This document shows, piece by piece, positions 34,801 through 47,499 of a DNA stretch of 64,000 nt. The position numbers and the translations under genes are program-made. The stretch's first letter is position 1; the number at the start of each line of letters is the position of its first letter. The stretch is from positions 42,594,001-42,658,000 of the forward strand of contig CM060732.1 of assembly GCA_030704615.1 (NCBI GenBank), in the 5' to 3' direction. Source of the DNA: Takakia lepidozioides (Eukaryota > Plantae > Bryophyta). Below the pieces are notes generated by a model. The model was not told where the DNA came from. It searched no databases and worked only from the letters and a program-made list of their open reading frames with translations.

Positions 34801-37496
34801 CTGGGACTTAGCCATTTTCGGGCCGGACCTGGGAAAATGGCGCCGAATTTCCAGTTCAGGGCTCCCAAAATGGCTAAGTCCCTAGGGTGGCTGGCACCGA
34901 AAGTCGAAATTCGGCGCCATTTTTCCAGTTCTAGGCCCAGTCAGTTCTGGGACTAAGCCATTTTCCGGGCCGGACTTGGAAATGGCGCCGAATTTCCATC
35001 TCAGGGCTCCAAATGGCTAAGTCCCTAGGTGGCTGGCACCGAAAACCGAAATCGGCGCCATTTTTCCAGCTTTAGGCCTCAGTTCTGGGACTTAGGGCCG
35101 GACCTGGAAAATGGCGCCGAATTTCCAGTTCAGGGCTCCCAAAATGGCTAAGTCCCTAGCGTGGCTAGCACCGAAAACCGAAATTCGGCGCCATTTTTCC
35201 AGTTCTAGGCCAATAACCTTGGAAAATGGTGCCGAATTCCAGTTCAGGGACCTCATTCTGTGTTTTTCATGAATGCAGGTACTTCAAGTTCTCCCTTTTG
35301 GAGAAAGGTCATCTGTCCTTCGAGCCACCATTCTTCCTGGCATGGAGAAACCTTGGGGCTGACTCCATGTACAATGACGTTATTGTGAAGGAGTGGCATC
35401 TGGAACATTTGCGTGATTGCCCTTGGTATGTGGACCTTCCGCCCGGCTCGCTCGACCCATATGAGTTTCAATTGAAGCTGGATGCTGAGTTCCGACGAAA
35501 CCGGGCTCCGCTGCCTCCGCTGGGTCCAAAAGAGACAAAAGCGCTTCCGAACTCCAGGAAAGCGGCAGAGCTTGCTCAGGCAGGAATTCAGGAGAAATTG
35601 AATGAGAAGAATAAAGGCCAAAGGAAAAGGACAAGGAAACAGGTGAGTACAGTAACACCCAAAAAACAGAAAACCATCAGGGCATCGGAGGAGGCGCAGG
35701 AGGGGACCCAAGGGAGTGACTCGGACGACGACTTTGTTCAAGGTCCTGCGACTGCTGCTGCTGCTGCCCAGTCACCGGTCGTCCGGGTTCCCAAGTCAGT
35801 TCGGAGTGGGACTGGCTCTGCCAAGAAGTTGGCATTTGAGGGCGAGCCTATACGGCGGTATTCGGCGGTGACGTTTACGCACAGGCCAAAGCTAGAACCT
35901 CCAACCATCATCAAATGCATCAATGAGAGCTTCCTTGACGCTCTCGCTGCCAGGGCGAAGAAGATGGCACACAACAAATCTCTGGCGGAGCAGAAGGGGA
36001 AAGCCAAGAAGAGGGCTGCCGGCACAGAGCCTAAAGACACCCCTGGTTTTGAAGCCATGATGGAATTCTTCACGGCTGTGAGCACGGATTGCAAGAGCAC
36101 TCGGGGGGGGTTTGAGGTGGAGAGAGCTTGCGATATGATTCTCCTCGACATTCCAGATGGGGAGCTGTTGGAGGGCCTGGATGGTGTGCCCACCTGGAAC
36201 AGGTTTACTGAGGACTACTGGAAAGCCAGGTTTGGGCTGGCGGGGATGCTCCTGGATGACGGTGGATGTGTGGTTGTCCTTGCCACAAGAGGGAAGACCA
36301 CAGAGAATGCGGTGGCAAGATGGACACCGAAAAGTGTCACCCCGGTCCTCCTCAGAAAATGGTTCTGCATCAATACACAGGGGTTGCGAACAGAGGGCCA
36401 AAGTGAAAGTTATCAATCTATTGCATTCACCTCATATTGTGGTGTATCTAAACTAGATCCCGGAGTTGATCCCTCTTTTGTTGGATGTGCAGACATTGGT
36501 GTTTGAGGCATATTGCTTTGTGAAGAGAGGGTCTATGTTCAAATTCCGCAATGACGGTCGTCTTGTTGATGCCGCTGTGGACCCTATTACCTACGATGTC
36601 CTCTACAACTATGTGCCCCACTCCAGTATGCCGAAGGACACAAAGACAAGCAAACCGTGGCGGTACAGCCGGACCCGGAGCCCTGCTTTCATCCAAACCC
36701 TCATGGAGACGTGCTCGGATGTCCAAGGGCGGATTCTGGACCTCACATGCGGCACGGGTAAGCCTTCACGTGCTCAGTTTGTCAACTTGCAGCGGCTGAA
36801 CGTCTGCCAAAAGAGAAAGAGGCATCCTCGGAGGATGAGGAAAAATCCGAGAAGGAGCAGGGGGAGGAACAAGTTGGGATCGAGGCCGAGGAGCCCCCGG
36901 TTTACGAGTGAGTGGTCGCATTGTAAGTTGCCTCCAGATTTCGTGAGGCACCTCCCTTCGCTCTCTTATTTCATTGAAAACCCTTTCTGCTTCTGCTGGT
37001 ATTGACATTCTTGAAGTGGATTTGTTCTTACTGTAGGATGCCAAGTACTGCAGGAGGGACGTCTACACCAGAGTTCATGGGCAGGAGGAACGTGCATTTT
37101 TTTGCCAGGGGGGATTTCATGCCTAGTCCAGAAAGGGACTACATCCTTCCTACTTATGCTGCCTGGCTAGCTTCGGTGTCCATTAGGAGGTGTTCCGAAC
37201 CTAGTCGTGTAAAGCAGATTTTAGACGAGGCAAGCCTCAAGAAAATGAGGATGAGGGAGGAGGCAGCAGTTATTAGAGCCCGTCGGGCTCGTAGATTTGT
37301 CTTGGATTCTGTTGAGGAAAGTGGGGAAGAAGAGGCAGAAGATTCCCAGGAGGTGAGGTGGACAGTCCCCCAAGGAGAGGACGGAATTTTTGAGAGGCAT
37401 AGTGCAACCGATGCATCACAGAGCTCGGAGGATGGGGGGGATGAGGGGGATGAGGAAGAAGGAGGGCCAAGTTCCTCCGAAGGTGTAGGAGAGTAG
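31831..37496 (+). pseudogene. Multi-exon passenger gene: ParB/Srx-like domain plus beta-class N4/N6 DNA methyltransferase-like domain
   Basis: KMFYVWDGNHRHLAW (~32810). CDMILLDIPDG (DPPY-like, 36129), LLDDGGCVVV, and RSPAFIQTLMETCSDVQGRILDLTCGTG (beta-class motif X/I, to ~36758). GT-AG introns apparent. Exact exon structure and start not determined. Confidence 0.6.
34260..35250. repeat. ~120-140-bp tandem repeat inside an intron, with interleaved inverted repeats
   Basis: About 7-8 units of GGGACTTAGCCATTTT / AAAATGGCGCCGAATTTC / AAAATGGCTAAGTCCC / GAAATTCGGCGCCATTTT. Confidence 0.9.
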
Positions 37497-37644
37497 TTCC
37501 CATTCCTGCTATGACGGTTAAGACACACTTGTATAGATGTGGCTTGCCCCAAAATTTGCAATAAAATGTTGCATTTCATTGCTATGACGAGTCCACATGA
37601 CCCTATTTCCGTGCCTCCTAACCCTATTTCCGTGGACACACAAT

Positions 37645-37706
37645 GGCCCGCTCATGCTTTTTTTTTTTCCGCTCATGCTCATGCCGCTCATGAAATAGCA
37701 GCCCCC
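37645..37706. repeat. Terminal inverted repeat of MULE-like copy 2
   Basis: ...CCGCTCATGAAATAGCAGCCCCC, matching 20858; sharp junction to Gypsy B. Confidence 0.65.
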
Positions 37707-38600
37707 GTTAGAGCCTTTGCAATGGCGCTAAATCCCTTAACAAACCGTCTATAATAGTTTGCTAACCCCATGAAAGCTCGAACTCGCTCACATCCATGGG
37801 GCGTGGAATCTGTGCAATGGACTCTACCTTAGTCTGTTGTACCCCCAATCCTCCAGGATATATCATGTGACCCAGATACTCAATCTGGTTGTGGAAAAAC
37901 TTGCACTTTCCCGGATGTAACTGCAATCCGTGCGCCCTCAAGCGCTCAAATACCACCTGAAGGTGTCTCTCATGCTCCTCCACGTAAGCACTAAAAATGA
38001 TGATGTCATCTATGTAGCACCGAGCAAACTCCACCCCTGCTAGAATCCTGTCCATGACTCTTTGAAACTCTGCAGGAGCGTTTTTAAGCCCAAATGGTAA
38101 GAACCGCCACTGGTATAGGCAATCCTTCCCGTGCTCATTGATCCCCCAGAATGTCGTCTTCTGCTTATCCGCCTCCTTGATCGGCAACTGGTGATATCCG
38201 GATCGTAAATCCAAAGTGCTAAAGACCTTGGCATGCCCAATGGCATCAAAGATCTCCTCTGGTGTTGGCATAGCATACCTATCGGAGTTGGTCTGACGAT
38301 TTATAGGCCGGTAATCACCGCACATACGTCTCTCCGTCCAATTGCCATAGACATCCTTCTTGGCTCGCATCACTGTGGCTGAAGCATACTCCCCCCAGCT
38401 CCACCAAACCAGCCTCCCAAAGGTCCTGAGTTCTCATCTGAATCAAGGACCTCTCCATGTCATTGTATCTATAGGGTCTCCGAAAGATTGGCGTGTCAGT
38501 AGCCAATTCAATGCGAATCTCTTGACCCTTCAGTGCTCCTAAGTCCTTCAAACTGAAGGCAAAGCAGTTCCTGTAAGCCCTCAAGAACCGCCGTATACGA
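37707..38600 (-). pseudogene. RT of Gypsy B (truncated)
   Basis: RMCGDYRPIN...LDLRSGYHQ...LPFGLKNAP...CYIDD. Confidence 0.93.
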
Positions 38601-39357
38601 CGTCTCTCTCCTCCGGTGACTATAGGTCCAACATCAGGCTCCCAGTTGTCCTCCGTGACTGCAACCTTGAGTCCAGCAGGCTTAGAGGTAGAAGACGCGT
38701 CCCGTGGTTGTTATGCTGCAACCTCTTGAGCAGTGACCACTGCCTCCTCTATCAGTGACAATGTCTCACCCTGCCCTATCATCCCATCCTTGACGTTCTA
38801 AAGTTTTTGGATTTCATGAGGGGAAGGTGCTGAGAAAGAAGAGGAATATGCCAAGGTGCACTCTCAATCCAATGGTATTCTGGTGTAGTTAGTCAACCCG
38901 AGAAAAATCCCCAACCTGATCCATCACCGCCGCTTTGGCTGCCAACTCATTCTGAACCTCGATCACCTCCCCCGTGTGCCATGGATGCGGCCTGCACCTC
39001 GTGGTCCTCACCTGCTCGCCCCCACTCGCTGCCTGTACCATCTCGGTAGGCAAGGAGATCATGAAAGGAAGTGTACTCCGTACTCTGCGTTGCTCAGTCA
39101 TAGCCAAGCTGATAATCCAGGTCAAAGGAATTGAGATCCATTGCTTGCCCCAACACCTGACGACGTGATGCCTCAGAAAGAGATGGCACCGCCGTGGTAC
39201 CACTGGTAAAACCCATCGCCCGCTCGCGCTCGTTAGCATTGGGCTCCACTAATTGTTGCAACTGGCTATCCCACAAGAGGCCAGGTCCATCATCTCGAAA
39301 AGCATGGGATCCTGGGAAGCTGAGCAGTGTAGGTAATGCTGCTCGTGGTTGACCCAC

Positions 39358-42300
39358 TGTCGCGGCCCTTTGCCTTGAGGGCAGGGGGTCGGGACACATG
39401 AGGGGCTGCCCCTGTGGTGGGGGCAGTGGCAGCGATAGGTACGGGGGGCTGAAGCACCCTTGAGTGCCCAAGCACTCAAGGAGGGGAGGTGCTCACTAGG
39501 TGGAGCCCCGCACACCGGGTGCGGTGGGGGTGGCTCACAAAAGGGGTGGTGGTAGCTTAGCGGGACTTAGTGGGGGTGGCATAGGACTCACCTGGGGCGG
39601 AGACCTCGTGGTGGGAGTCGTGGGGAGTCTTGGGACTCATCACGGTCCATAGGGGCCGTGGTGGGTGGGCCAAGACTCACCGCGACTCATCACCGGGAGT
39701 CGAGGGTTTTCGTGGTGGTTCGCCATAAATGGCATGGTTGTTTGTGAAACCCCCGCGGACAGCTACAGAAGTATATATAGGGAGTAGTAACCCCGAGAAC
39801 GGTGCAAGCCCGTTGGTGACCAAAAACTAGTGAGTAAGCGAGCGAGCCGGAAAGCGACCAAAGTGGGGAGCTGTTCCGGACTGCCAACTACCAAAGGGAA
39901 TTCCCGCTGGCCCAAATCGGTGGAGGGTTCTTTGGGAGATCAAAGGGGGACCGTTATGCCCCGGTGAGCAGCCGAAGCTCCAAGTTGGCCCGGCGGCCAG
40001 GTTGGGAGTTAGGCGCGCGCATCAAAGCGAGTAACTATGACTTGAAGGGGAGCTTACCGAAGTGAGGTGCGCGACACTTGGTATCAGAGCTTAGAGTTCA
40101 GTACGCGATCGTCCTTGGGATTGGCCTCATCATGGGGTCGGGCAAGCCAAAGCGAAAGCGGAACGCCCAAAAGATGATGATCCTGGTGAGCCCGATGGGG
40201 GCGACGTGTCACCGAGGCGGCCGTTTGAGGAAGCGATGCATGTTTCCAAAACGAGGCCGCTCAAGAGCGGGAGGAATCCGAGGAGTCGGAGCCCGAGGAA
40301 TCCTGAGAGCTCCGACCGACCAACAGATGCCTCCCATGCCGGCAGCCTTTTTGGGAAGGGTTGTTGGCGCAGTTTGGCGGGACGTTGAAAGACGTGTTGA
40401 AGGCGGCTAATGCCACTTCCACTAAGGCAAAGTTTAAGGTGAAGCCTAAGGAACCCGCACCTTCGAGGGCGTCCGAAATCGGAAGGCACTCAACACCTGG
40501 CTCTGGAGCTAGAGCAGTACTTCCGGGCGCCAAGTTGAGTGACGAGGATCGGGTGGAAGTGGCTCCCACCTATTTGAGGGGCTATGCTCAACAATGGTGG
40601 CAGAAACGCCTTCACGACCGAGGTCCAAGCCCGGAAACCTTGAACTGGAGTGGGTTCAAGGAATTGATGAAGAGACAGTTTGTGCCCCTCAACGCGTCCT
40701 GGCTTGCCCGGGACAAGATGAGGAATTTGAAGCAAACAGATGACATTCGGGGATATGTCCAGGCTTTCAATGTGCTTTTGCTCGAAGTCGCGGACATGGC
40801 AGAACCAGAAATGGTCTTCAACTTTGTGGCGGGACTGGCCCCATGGGCCAGGCGGAAGTTGGAGGAGAAGCCACCTAAGACTTTGAACGAGGCAATTGAG
40901 AGGGCTGAATGTTTCTCAGATGTCCCTAGGGGTGAAAGACAAGGCCGTACGGAGCTGAACCACAAGAAGACCCGGCGGGAAGGTGACTCCTTCCGACCGG
41001 AAAAGAAGTGGGATAGGCCACGGCGACAATGGCACGTGGAAATCGAAGGGAGGGCCTTCACAAGTCAAGGCGGCACCCGGTGCTTCGAAAGGAAAAGCGG
41101 GTGGAGCGGCTATGGCGGACAGAAGGCGACCTTTGATGGAGTGTGTTTCAATTGCGGGAGCCCGGGCACATGGCCAAGAAGTGCACGAAGCCCCGGCAAT
41201 TGAACATGACTCGGGCGACCACGGAGCTGTCGGAAGATACCATCAGTCGCTTGGTGGAAGCGGTGGTCGCCAGGACTTGCAAGGTAGGCAAATTTCTTGT
41301 GAGTTGTATCAGGAAACTGGCGCCTTACGTAAAGGGAGTCAGTTATTGTTCGTGGATGGGATAATATCCGGAACTAACGTGTCGTTGTTGGTGGACACAG
41401 GAGCGTCGCACTCCTTCATGACACCGCAACGGCACAAAAGCTGGACTCCCGACAAGTGACGTGGGGCCTCTATTGAGGTGCGTTCTGCCAAAGGAGAACC
41501 ACAATTGGCGACAAGGTTGGCGTTTGATGTTCCTCTTCAACTGGGGAGTTGGGAGGGACGTGAGAACTTCACCATCTGCGAGATCGATGGAGTGGATCTC
41601 ATTTTGGGGATGACTTTTTTGAGCAAATCCGGAGCGGTCATAGATGGCCGCAAGAGAGTAGTCACGCTGCCATGTGGGAATGGTGGCGAGGTCTTACGAG
41701 TGTCGGAAACGCCCAAACCCGTGGGAGGGCGAATAAACCTTCTGTCAGCAAGGGAGTGGGCCGTGGAGGAGGCACACGAGCCCCAGTTTTTGCTCTACAT
41801 TAGAGAAGTGAAGGGAGAAGGCGATGGGGAGCCGAGCCCAGATTGGATCAAGGGGATTTTGGAGAAATACCAGGATGTGATGCCGGAGGATTTACCAAGC
41901 GGTTTGCCACCGCGAAGAGGAGTTGACCACAAGATTGAGGTGATACCGGGATCGGAACCGCCTGCCAAGGCGCCCTACCGGTTGAGCCACAGAGAGTTGG
42001 TCGAGCTGAAGACTCAGCTCAAAGATCTAATGTCAAAGGGGTACATCCGGCCGAGTAAGTCACCTTACGGAGCCCCGGTGCTATTTGCAGACAAAAGGAT
42101 GGGACGCTGCGGATGTGTGTCGATTACAGGGCTCTGAATAAGGTGACTATCAAAAACCGGTACCCTTTGCCAAGGATCGACGACCTCTTCGATCGAGGAG
42201 CGAAGTATTTCAGCCGGATCGACTTGCGCTCCGGCTATCATCAAATTCGGGTGGCGGAAGGAGATGAGGAGAAGACCGCGTGCAGGACAAGGTATGGTTC

Positions 42301-45300
42301 ATATGAGTTCTTGGTGATGCCTTTTGGGCTCACCAATGCACCAGCGACATTTAGCACGCTGATGAACAGCCTTTTTCAGGAGTGGTTGGATGACTTTGTG
42401 ATCGTGTACATCGACGACATCTTGGTGTACTCGAAAACAAAAGGAGGAGCACCTGGAGCACCTGAAAAGGGTGTTCCAAAAATTGCGAGAAGGGAAGCTG
42501 TATGCCAAAGCTTCAAAGTGCGAATTCGGGTCACAAAAGTGGAGTTCCTGGGGCATGTGATTACACAGGATGGGATCAAATGGATGACAGGAAGGTGAGG
42601 GCAATCTTGGACTGGGAGCCTCCGACTTCGGTCCCGGGAGTGCGATCCTTCCTAGGACTCGCCTCCTATTACCGGAAGTATGTGAGAAATTTCGCCAAGA
42701 TCGCGGGGCCGCTGTCAGACCTTCTGTGTAAATCCAAAGTCTGGGCATGGAACACTTTTTGTGGCCAAGCTTTTGCTGAATTGAAGCAGCGGATGGCGGA
42801 AGCTCCAGTCTTGAAAATCCCGGAGTTCGATCGTCCGTTCGAGATACATACAGATGCGTCGGACTTCGCGATTGGGGGTGTACTTATGCAAGATGGACGT
42901 CCAGTGGCTTACGAAAGTAAGAAACTGAATGAAGTGGAGCGACGGTGGCCGACGCACGAAAAAGAGATGAAGGCGGTGGTGCATTGCCTTGAGCTTTGGC
43001 GCCACTATGTTGGTTCCAACCCAGTGAAAGGTGTTCACGGACAATGTCACGGTGAAGTATTTTGCCACGCAGCCCAAGTTGTCCCCAAAACAACTTAGGT
43101 GGCAAGATACTTTGGCGGTGTTCGACGTGGATATCCAGTACAAACCGGGACGAGACAATGTGGTGGCCGATGCTTTAAGTAGAAAGCAGCAGCTCTGTTG
43201 GTGTACAAGGGCGAGACGGCGCTCCAAAGGAAGATCCGGAAGGCTTGCCGGAAGGATGAGCTGGCGAAGTCCGTGATGCAGGACTTGAGGATGGGGGTTA
43301 AATCGCAGTTCCACTTGCAAAATGGACTGCTCCGGTATAAGCAAAAGCGTCTCTACGTGCCGAAGGGAGGGATCAGAGATAGCTCTTGAGAGAATGCCAT
43401 GATAGCCCGCTTGCGGGCCACGGCGGAGCCAAGCGCACTGCGGCACTCTTGAAGAAAGAGTATTTCTGGCCCAAACTGAGGGAGGAGGCAGAGGAGTATG
43501 TCAAGACATGCACCACATGCCAACAAAACCGGAGCGAGTACAAAAAGCAAGCGGGGCTGTTACAACCCTTGCCGATTCCAGAGGGACTTGGGAAAGCGTC
43601 TCGATGGATTTCATGACTGCTGCCGCTGTCAAAAGGATTCGATGCAATCATGGTGGTGGTGGATAGGTTCAGTAAAATGGGCCATTTCATCCCCACCAAG
43701 GAGACGGCAACGGCGCAGGAGACAGGGCGACTTTACTTCGCCCACGTCTTAAAGCATCATGGAGTCCCGAAGGATATTGTCTCGGACCGCGATCCAAAGT
43801 TTACGAGTAAATTTTGGAGGGCACTTTGGAAGAAGATGGGGACGAGGCTGAAGATGAGCACCGCCTTCCGACCTACGACCGACGGCCAAACGGAAAGAGT
43901 GAATTCCGTAGTGAAGCAGATCTTGCGGAATTACGTGTCGGCAGACCAATCAGACTGGGTGGAACACTTAGACGCGGCAGAGTTCTGTTATAATAACACA
44001 GAACACTCCGCAACGGGAGTTTCCCCTTTCGTATTGGTCTATGGAAAAGCACCTCTGGTGCCGACAAGTTGGGCCGCCCAGGACGTTGAGGAACCGGCAG
44101 TAGCGGCGGTACTGGAAGAACGCGAGCGTTTGTTGAAGCTCGCAAAGTACAACATTGCCAAAGCTAGGAAACGGTATGAAAGGCAGGCGAATCGGAAGCG
44201 GAGGGAAGTGAAGTTTGAGGCAGGCACGGAGGTCTGGTTGAACATCAAGAATTTCCGACTACCTCCGGAAGTGAGTCCAAGTTCGTACCTCCGTATGCGG
44301 GACCCTTTCGCATCCGGAAGGTTATGAATGAGGATGTGTATGAATTGGAGCTGCCGGCAAACAGCAAGGTGCATCCAGTATTCCACGTCTCCCTTTTGAA
44401 GCCTTACTTCAAAGATGAAGCGCGTCCGAATCGGCATCAAGTGTTGCGTCCGCCACCTGTGCTGTTGGATCATGAAAATGAACCTGAGTACGAGGTGGAG
44501 GCAGTACTTAAGTCGAGGAGGTTCAAGAACCGAGAAACGGAGTATCTCGTCAAATGGAAGGGCTATCATCATGTGGAGGCATCTTGGGTGCGTGCCTCAG
44601 AAATGGGAAACGCATCCGAGGCGGTTGCAGTTTTCGAAGGGCGACCTCAAAAGCGGAAGAAACGTTGATGGGGACATCAACCTTGGAGCGTGGGGGAGGA
44701 AATGCATGCTTAGCCCGGCTTAGCTAGCTCAGGAATCCGATTGCAAAAACTTGTATTGTACAAAATTTGTTATAAAGGAAATGGTTTCCAAATGTTGTGC
44801 GTCCTATTTTGTTGGAATGGTGATGCATGGTATGGTTGGCTAGTGTGTAGAATGCATGCTAGCTTACAAAAGTGGGAGAGGTAAATTGGGTTAATCGTGT
44901 GTTTGCGTAGTGCCGAAATCGGGTGACTCCCATCCAAGGGGCAAGGAAACTTGCGCCTTCTTTGGGAGTTCACGTGCTAGTGCGCACCTGCGCGTGCGCG
45001 TACTATAACTGCGCTACCGAGGGGTTGCCTTGTAGTGCGGGCTAACGCGGAAGCTACGTGCTTCCGTTCACGTACTATAATCGTGTAGCCTCGGGACGAA
45101 GTCGTAGTGCGGCTTCGGCGTGTTCCCGTACCTCAGGCCAGCATTCCAAGGCGGACCCAATTGTAGTGATTGGGGCGCACGGTTGGTTCAAGGTTATCTT
45201 CCTAGTCAAAGGGGTTCGAGGTGAACCCTTGCTCAAGGTGATGCCAAAAGCGGCATCATGAGCGATCGCAAGCAATGTTGTTGCAGTAAGGCGATTCGAT

Positions 45301-46290
45301 CCTCGGGGAGGATCGTTCCTTGGCCTTGAAGTAGGCCAAGAAGAGTGCACTGGGAGGAGCTTGAGAGGCTCCACCCTGGCCGGGACTTGGAGGAAGTCGG
45401 CCGAACTAGCTAGTGGAGAGTAGAGTCAAGTGTGGGGTTTGGTTCTTTGCCATGGGACGCCATGGTACGGAAACAAACTCCTTGATGTGGGACGCCACAA
45501 CTTGGATGTTCGTTTCTACAAAATGGACAAGTCGATGAGGACATCGACTCCCTGTTGGTAGGGGTGTGTGTCGCGGCCCTTTGCCTTGAGGGCAGGGGGT
45601 CGGGACACATGAGGGGCTGCCCCTGTGGTGGGGGCAGTGGCAGCGATAGGTATGGGGGGCTGAAGCACCCTTGAGTGCCCAAGGCACTCAAGGAGGCGGA
45701 GGCGCTCACTAGGTGGAGCCCCGCACACCGGGTTGCGGTGGGGGTGGCTCACAAAAGGGGTGGTGGTAGCTTAGCGGGACTTAGTGGGGTGGCATAGGAC
45801 TCACCTTGGGCGGAGACCTCGTGGTGGGAGTCGTGGGGAGTCTTGGGACTCATCACGGTCCATAGGGGCCGTGGTGGTGGGCCAAGACTCACCGCGACTC
45901 ATCACCGGGAGTCGAGGGTTTTCGTGGTGGTTCGCCATAAAATGGCATGGTTGTTTGTGAAACCCCCGCGGACAGCTACAGAAGTATATATAGGGAGTAG
46001 TAACCCCGAGAACGGTGCAAGCCCGTTGGTGACCAAAAACTAGTGAGTAAGCGAGCGAGCCGGAAAGCGACCAAAGAGTGGGGAGCTGTTCCGGACTGCC
46101 AACTACCAAAGGGAATTCCGCTGGCCCAAATCGGTGGAGGGTTCTTTGGGAGATCAAAGGGGGACCGTTATGCCCCGGTGAGCAGCCGAAGCTCCAAGTT
46201 GGCCCGGCGGCCAGGTTGGGAGTTAGGCGCGCGCATCAAAGCGAGTAACTATGACTTGAAGGGGAGCTTACCGAAGTGAGATGCGCGACA
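39358..46290 (+). mobile_element. Full-length chromovirus Ty3/Gypsy retrotransposon C2 (same family as C1)
   Basis: LTRs 39358-40076 and 45569-46290; TSD CCCAC on both sides (the empty site GACCCACCCTG is seen in copy A); PBS TGGTATCAGAGC at 40079-40090. Confidence 0.97.
40132..44668 (+). pseudogene. Gag-pol with chromodomain of C2 (frameshifted)
   Basis: LLVDTGASHSF; YIDD; HTDASD RNase H; HDSPLAGH...CTTC; EYEVEAVL...EYLVKWKGY...SWV chromodomain. Confidence 0.94.
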
Positions 46291-46295
46291 CCCAC

Positions 46296-47010
46296 CCTGT
46301 TGACCACTGCCAAAGGCGAACGGTCATCGTGTCTCACACGTTGAGACTACCTCCTTGTGTCCAAAATGCTATCCACTGTGAGGTGTGCTGGCCGCTGCAC
46401 CCCATCAAATGCACATTTGAGCAGTGCGGGTGGCATCAAGTTAGTCCACCATAGCCGTGGACGATGAGCCCGTGACCCCACTGTTAGCTGGCACCAGCAA
46501 CACTGCTGCCAGCAACACTGCTGACCCAAGCCACGACCGGACTTGATGCACACTGGCCATCACCCTGGCCCGAGAATCACCCATCAGTGGCACATCTCCA
46601 AGATGTATGCTGGAGATACAGCTTGATGAGCTGCAAGTGGCGCAAAACCCGCACCATCTCCCAAATTAGACCCGTCCTCGAGTCTCGCAATCCATTGCCA
46701 TGCCCGGCTGATGAATGCCCTTGGCAGGGCCAACCTGCCATTACCAGATCTGTGGAGCCAACCTACTCCAATCCTTCGCCCCCAGCAACGAAATGTCTGC
46801 TGGCAAGGCTTGTTGGTATCCAGGAACTGCAGACACTAGCAATAAATCAGGGTACTGCTGTATCAACTGAGCAACATGGCGTAGTGAGACGCGTCATGCA
46901 GTCTCATCCCTTCCCACATACAGGTAATGTCGAACTCGTACACCTGCCTGCAGCACTACAGCCAATCCAGTGCTGATCCCGCCAAACAAGTCCAGAAGGC
47001 ATATGCCTTC
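46296..47010 (-). pseudogene. N-terminal part of the DNMT3-like domain of Gypsy B (C-terminal part at 39110-39357)
   Basis: Homologous to 8840-9540, including the GWPCQGHS and HRPRLWWTN motifs. Confidence 0.88.
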
Positions 47011-47499
47011 ATCCGGGCACTACCACACAAGAGGTGTGGTATCCAATGGCGACAACTGAGGTGTCCTGTGCATCACCCGCACTCTCCTCTTCTCCTGACG
47101 GTACGAATGCCTCTACCCAGGCTTGTTGCACCCGTCCATTAGCAGCCTGCTGCAAATCCTTGCTCGTACCCCACAATGGAGTGTGAGCAACCATGGCAGA
47201 CAACTCCACCGTACCATGCATGTCATCCTGCTCTGCTGAAGGTGGCACATCCTCTACATGGGCATTGCCTTCCAGCAACTCTCCAGGCCAACTAACTGCA
47301 GTTGTAAAGGCGGCTAGTGTTGGCATCTTGCCCCGCTGGGCAGCCGCAATACCCCCAATGAATGTCACAGGGAGCCGTGCACGACGACCATCCCCTGACT
47401 GCCATCCAGGCCTGTTGGATGCTGACTCCTCCCAAAAGTCCAGGGTGAAGCCCATGGGATATAACACTGCCCCACCAACAAGGACATCGTAAGAGACCG

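Larger units (their letters stand above)
20859..37706. mobile_element. MULE-like DNA transposon copy 2 (opposite orientation; transposase side cut by copy 1), carrying a ParB-MTase-like gene; inserted into Gypsy B RT
   Basis: Right terminus at 37706 abuts Gypsy B RT sequence. Passenger gene is homologous to 1-2199. GGCGCC palindrome arrays present. Confidence 0.6.

Noticed and set aside
23450-44668. Programmed ribosomal frameshifts in the chromovirus gag-pol genes (C1 and C2)
   Set aside because: Frameshift positions differ between sister copies and often fall in homopolymers, which fits decay or assembly error better.
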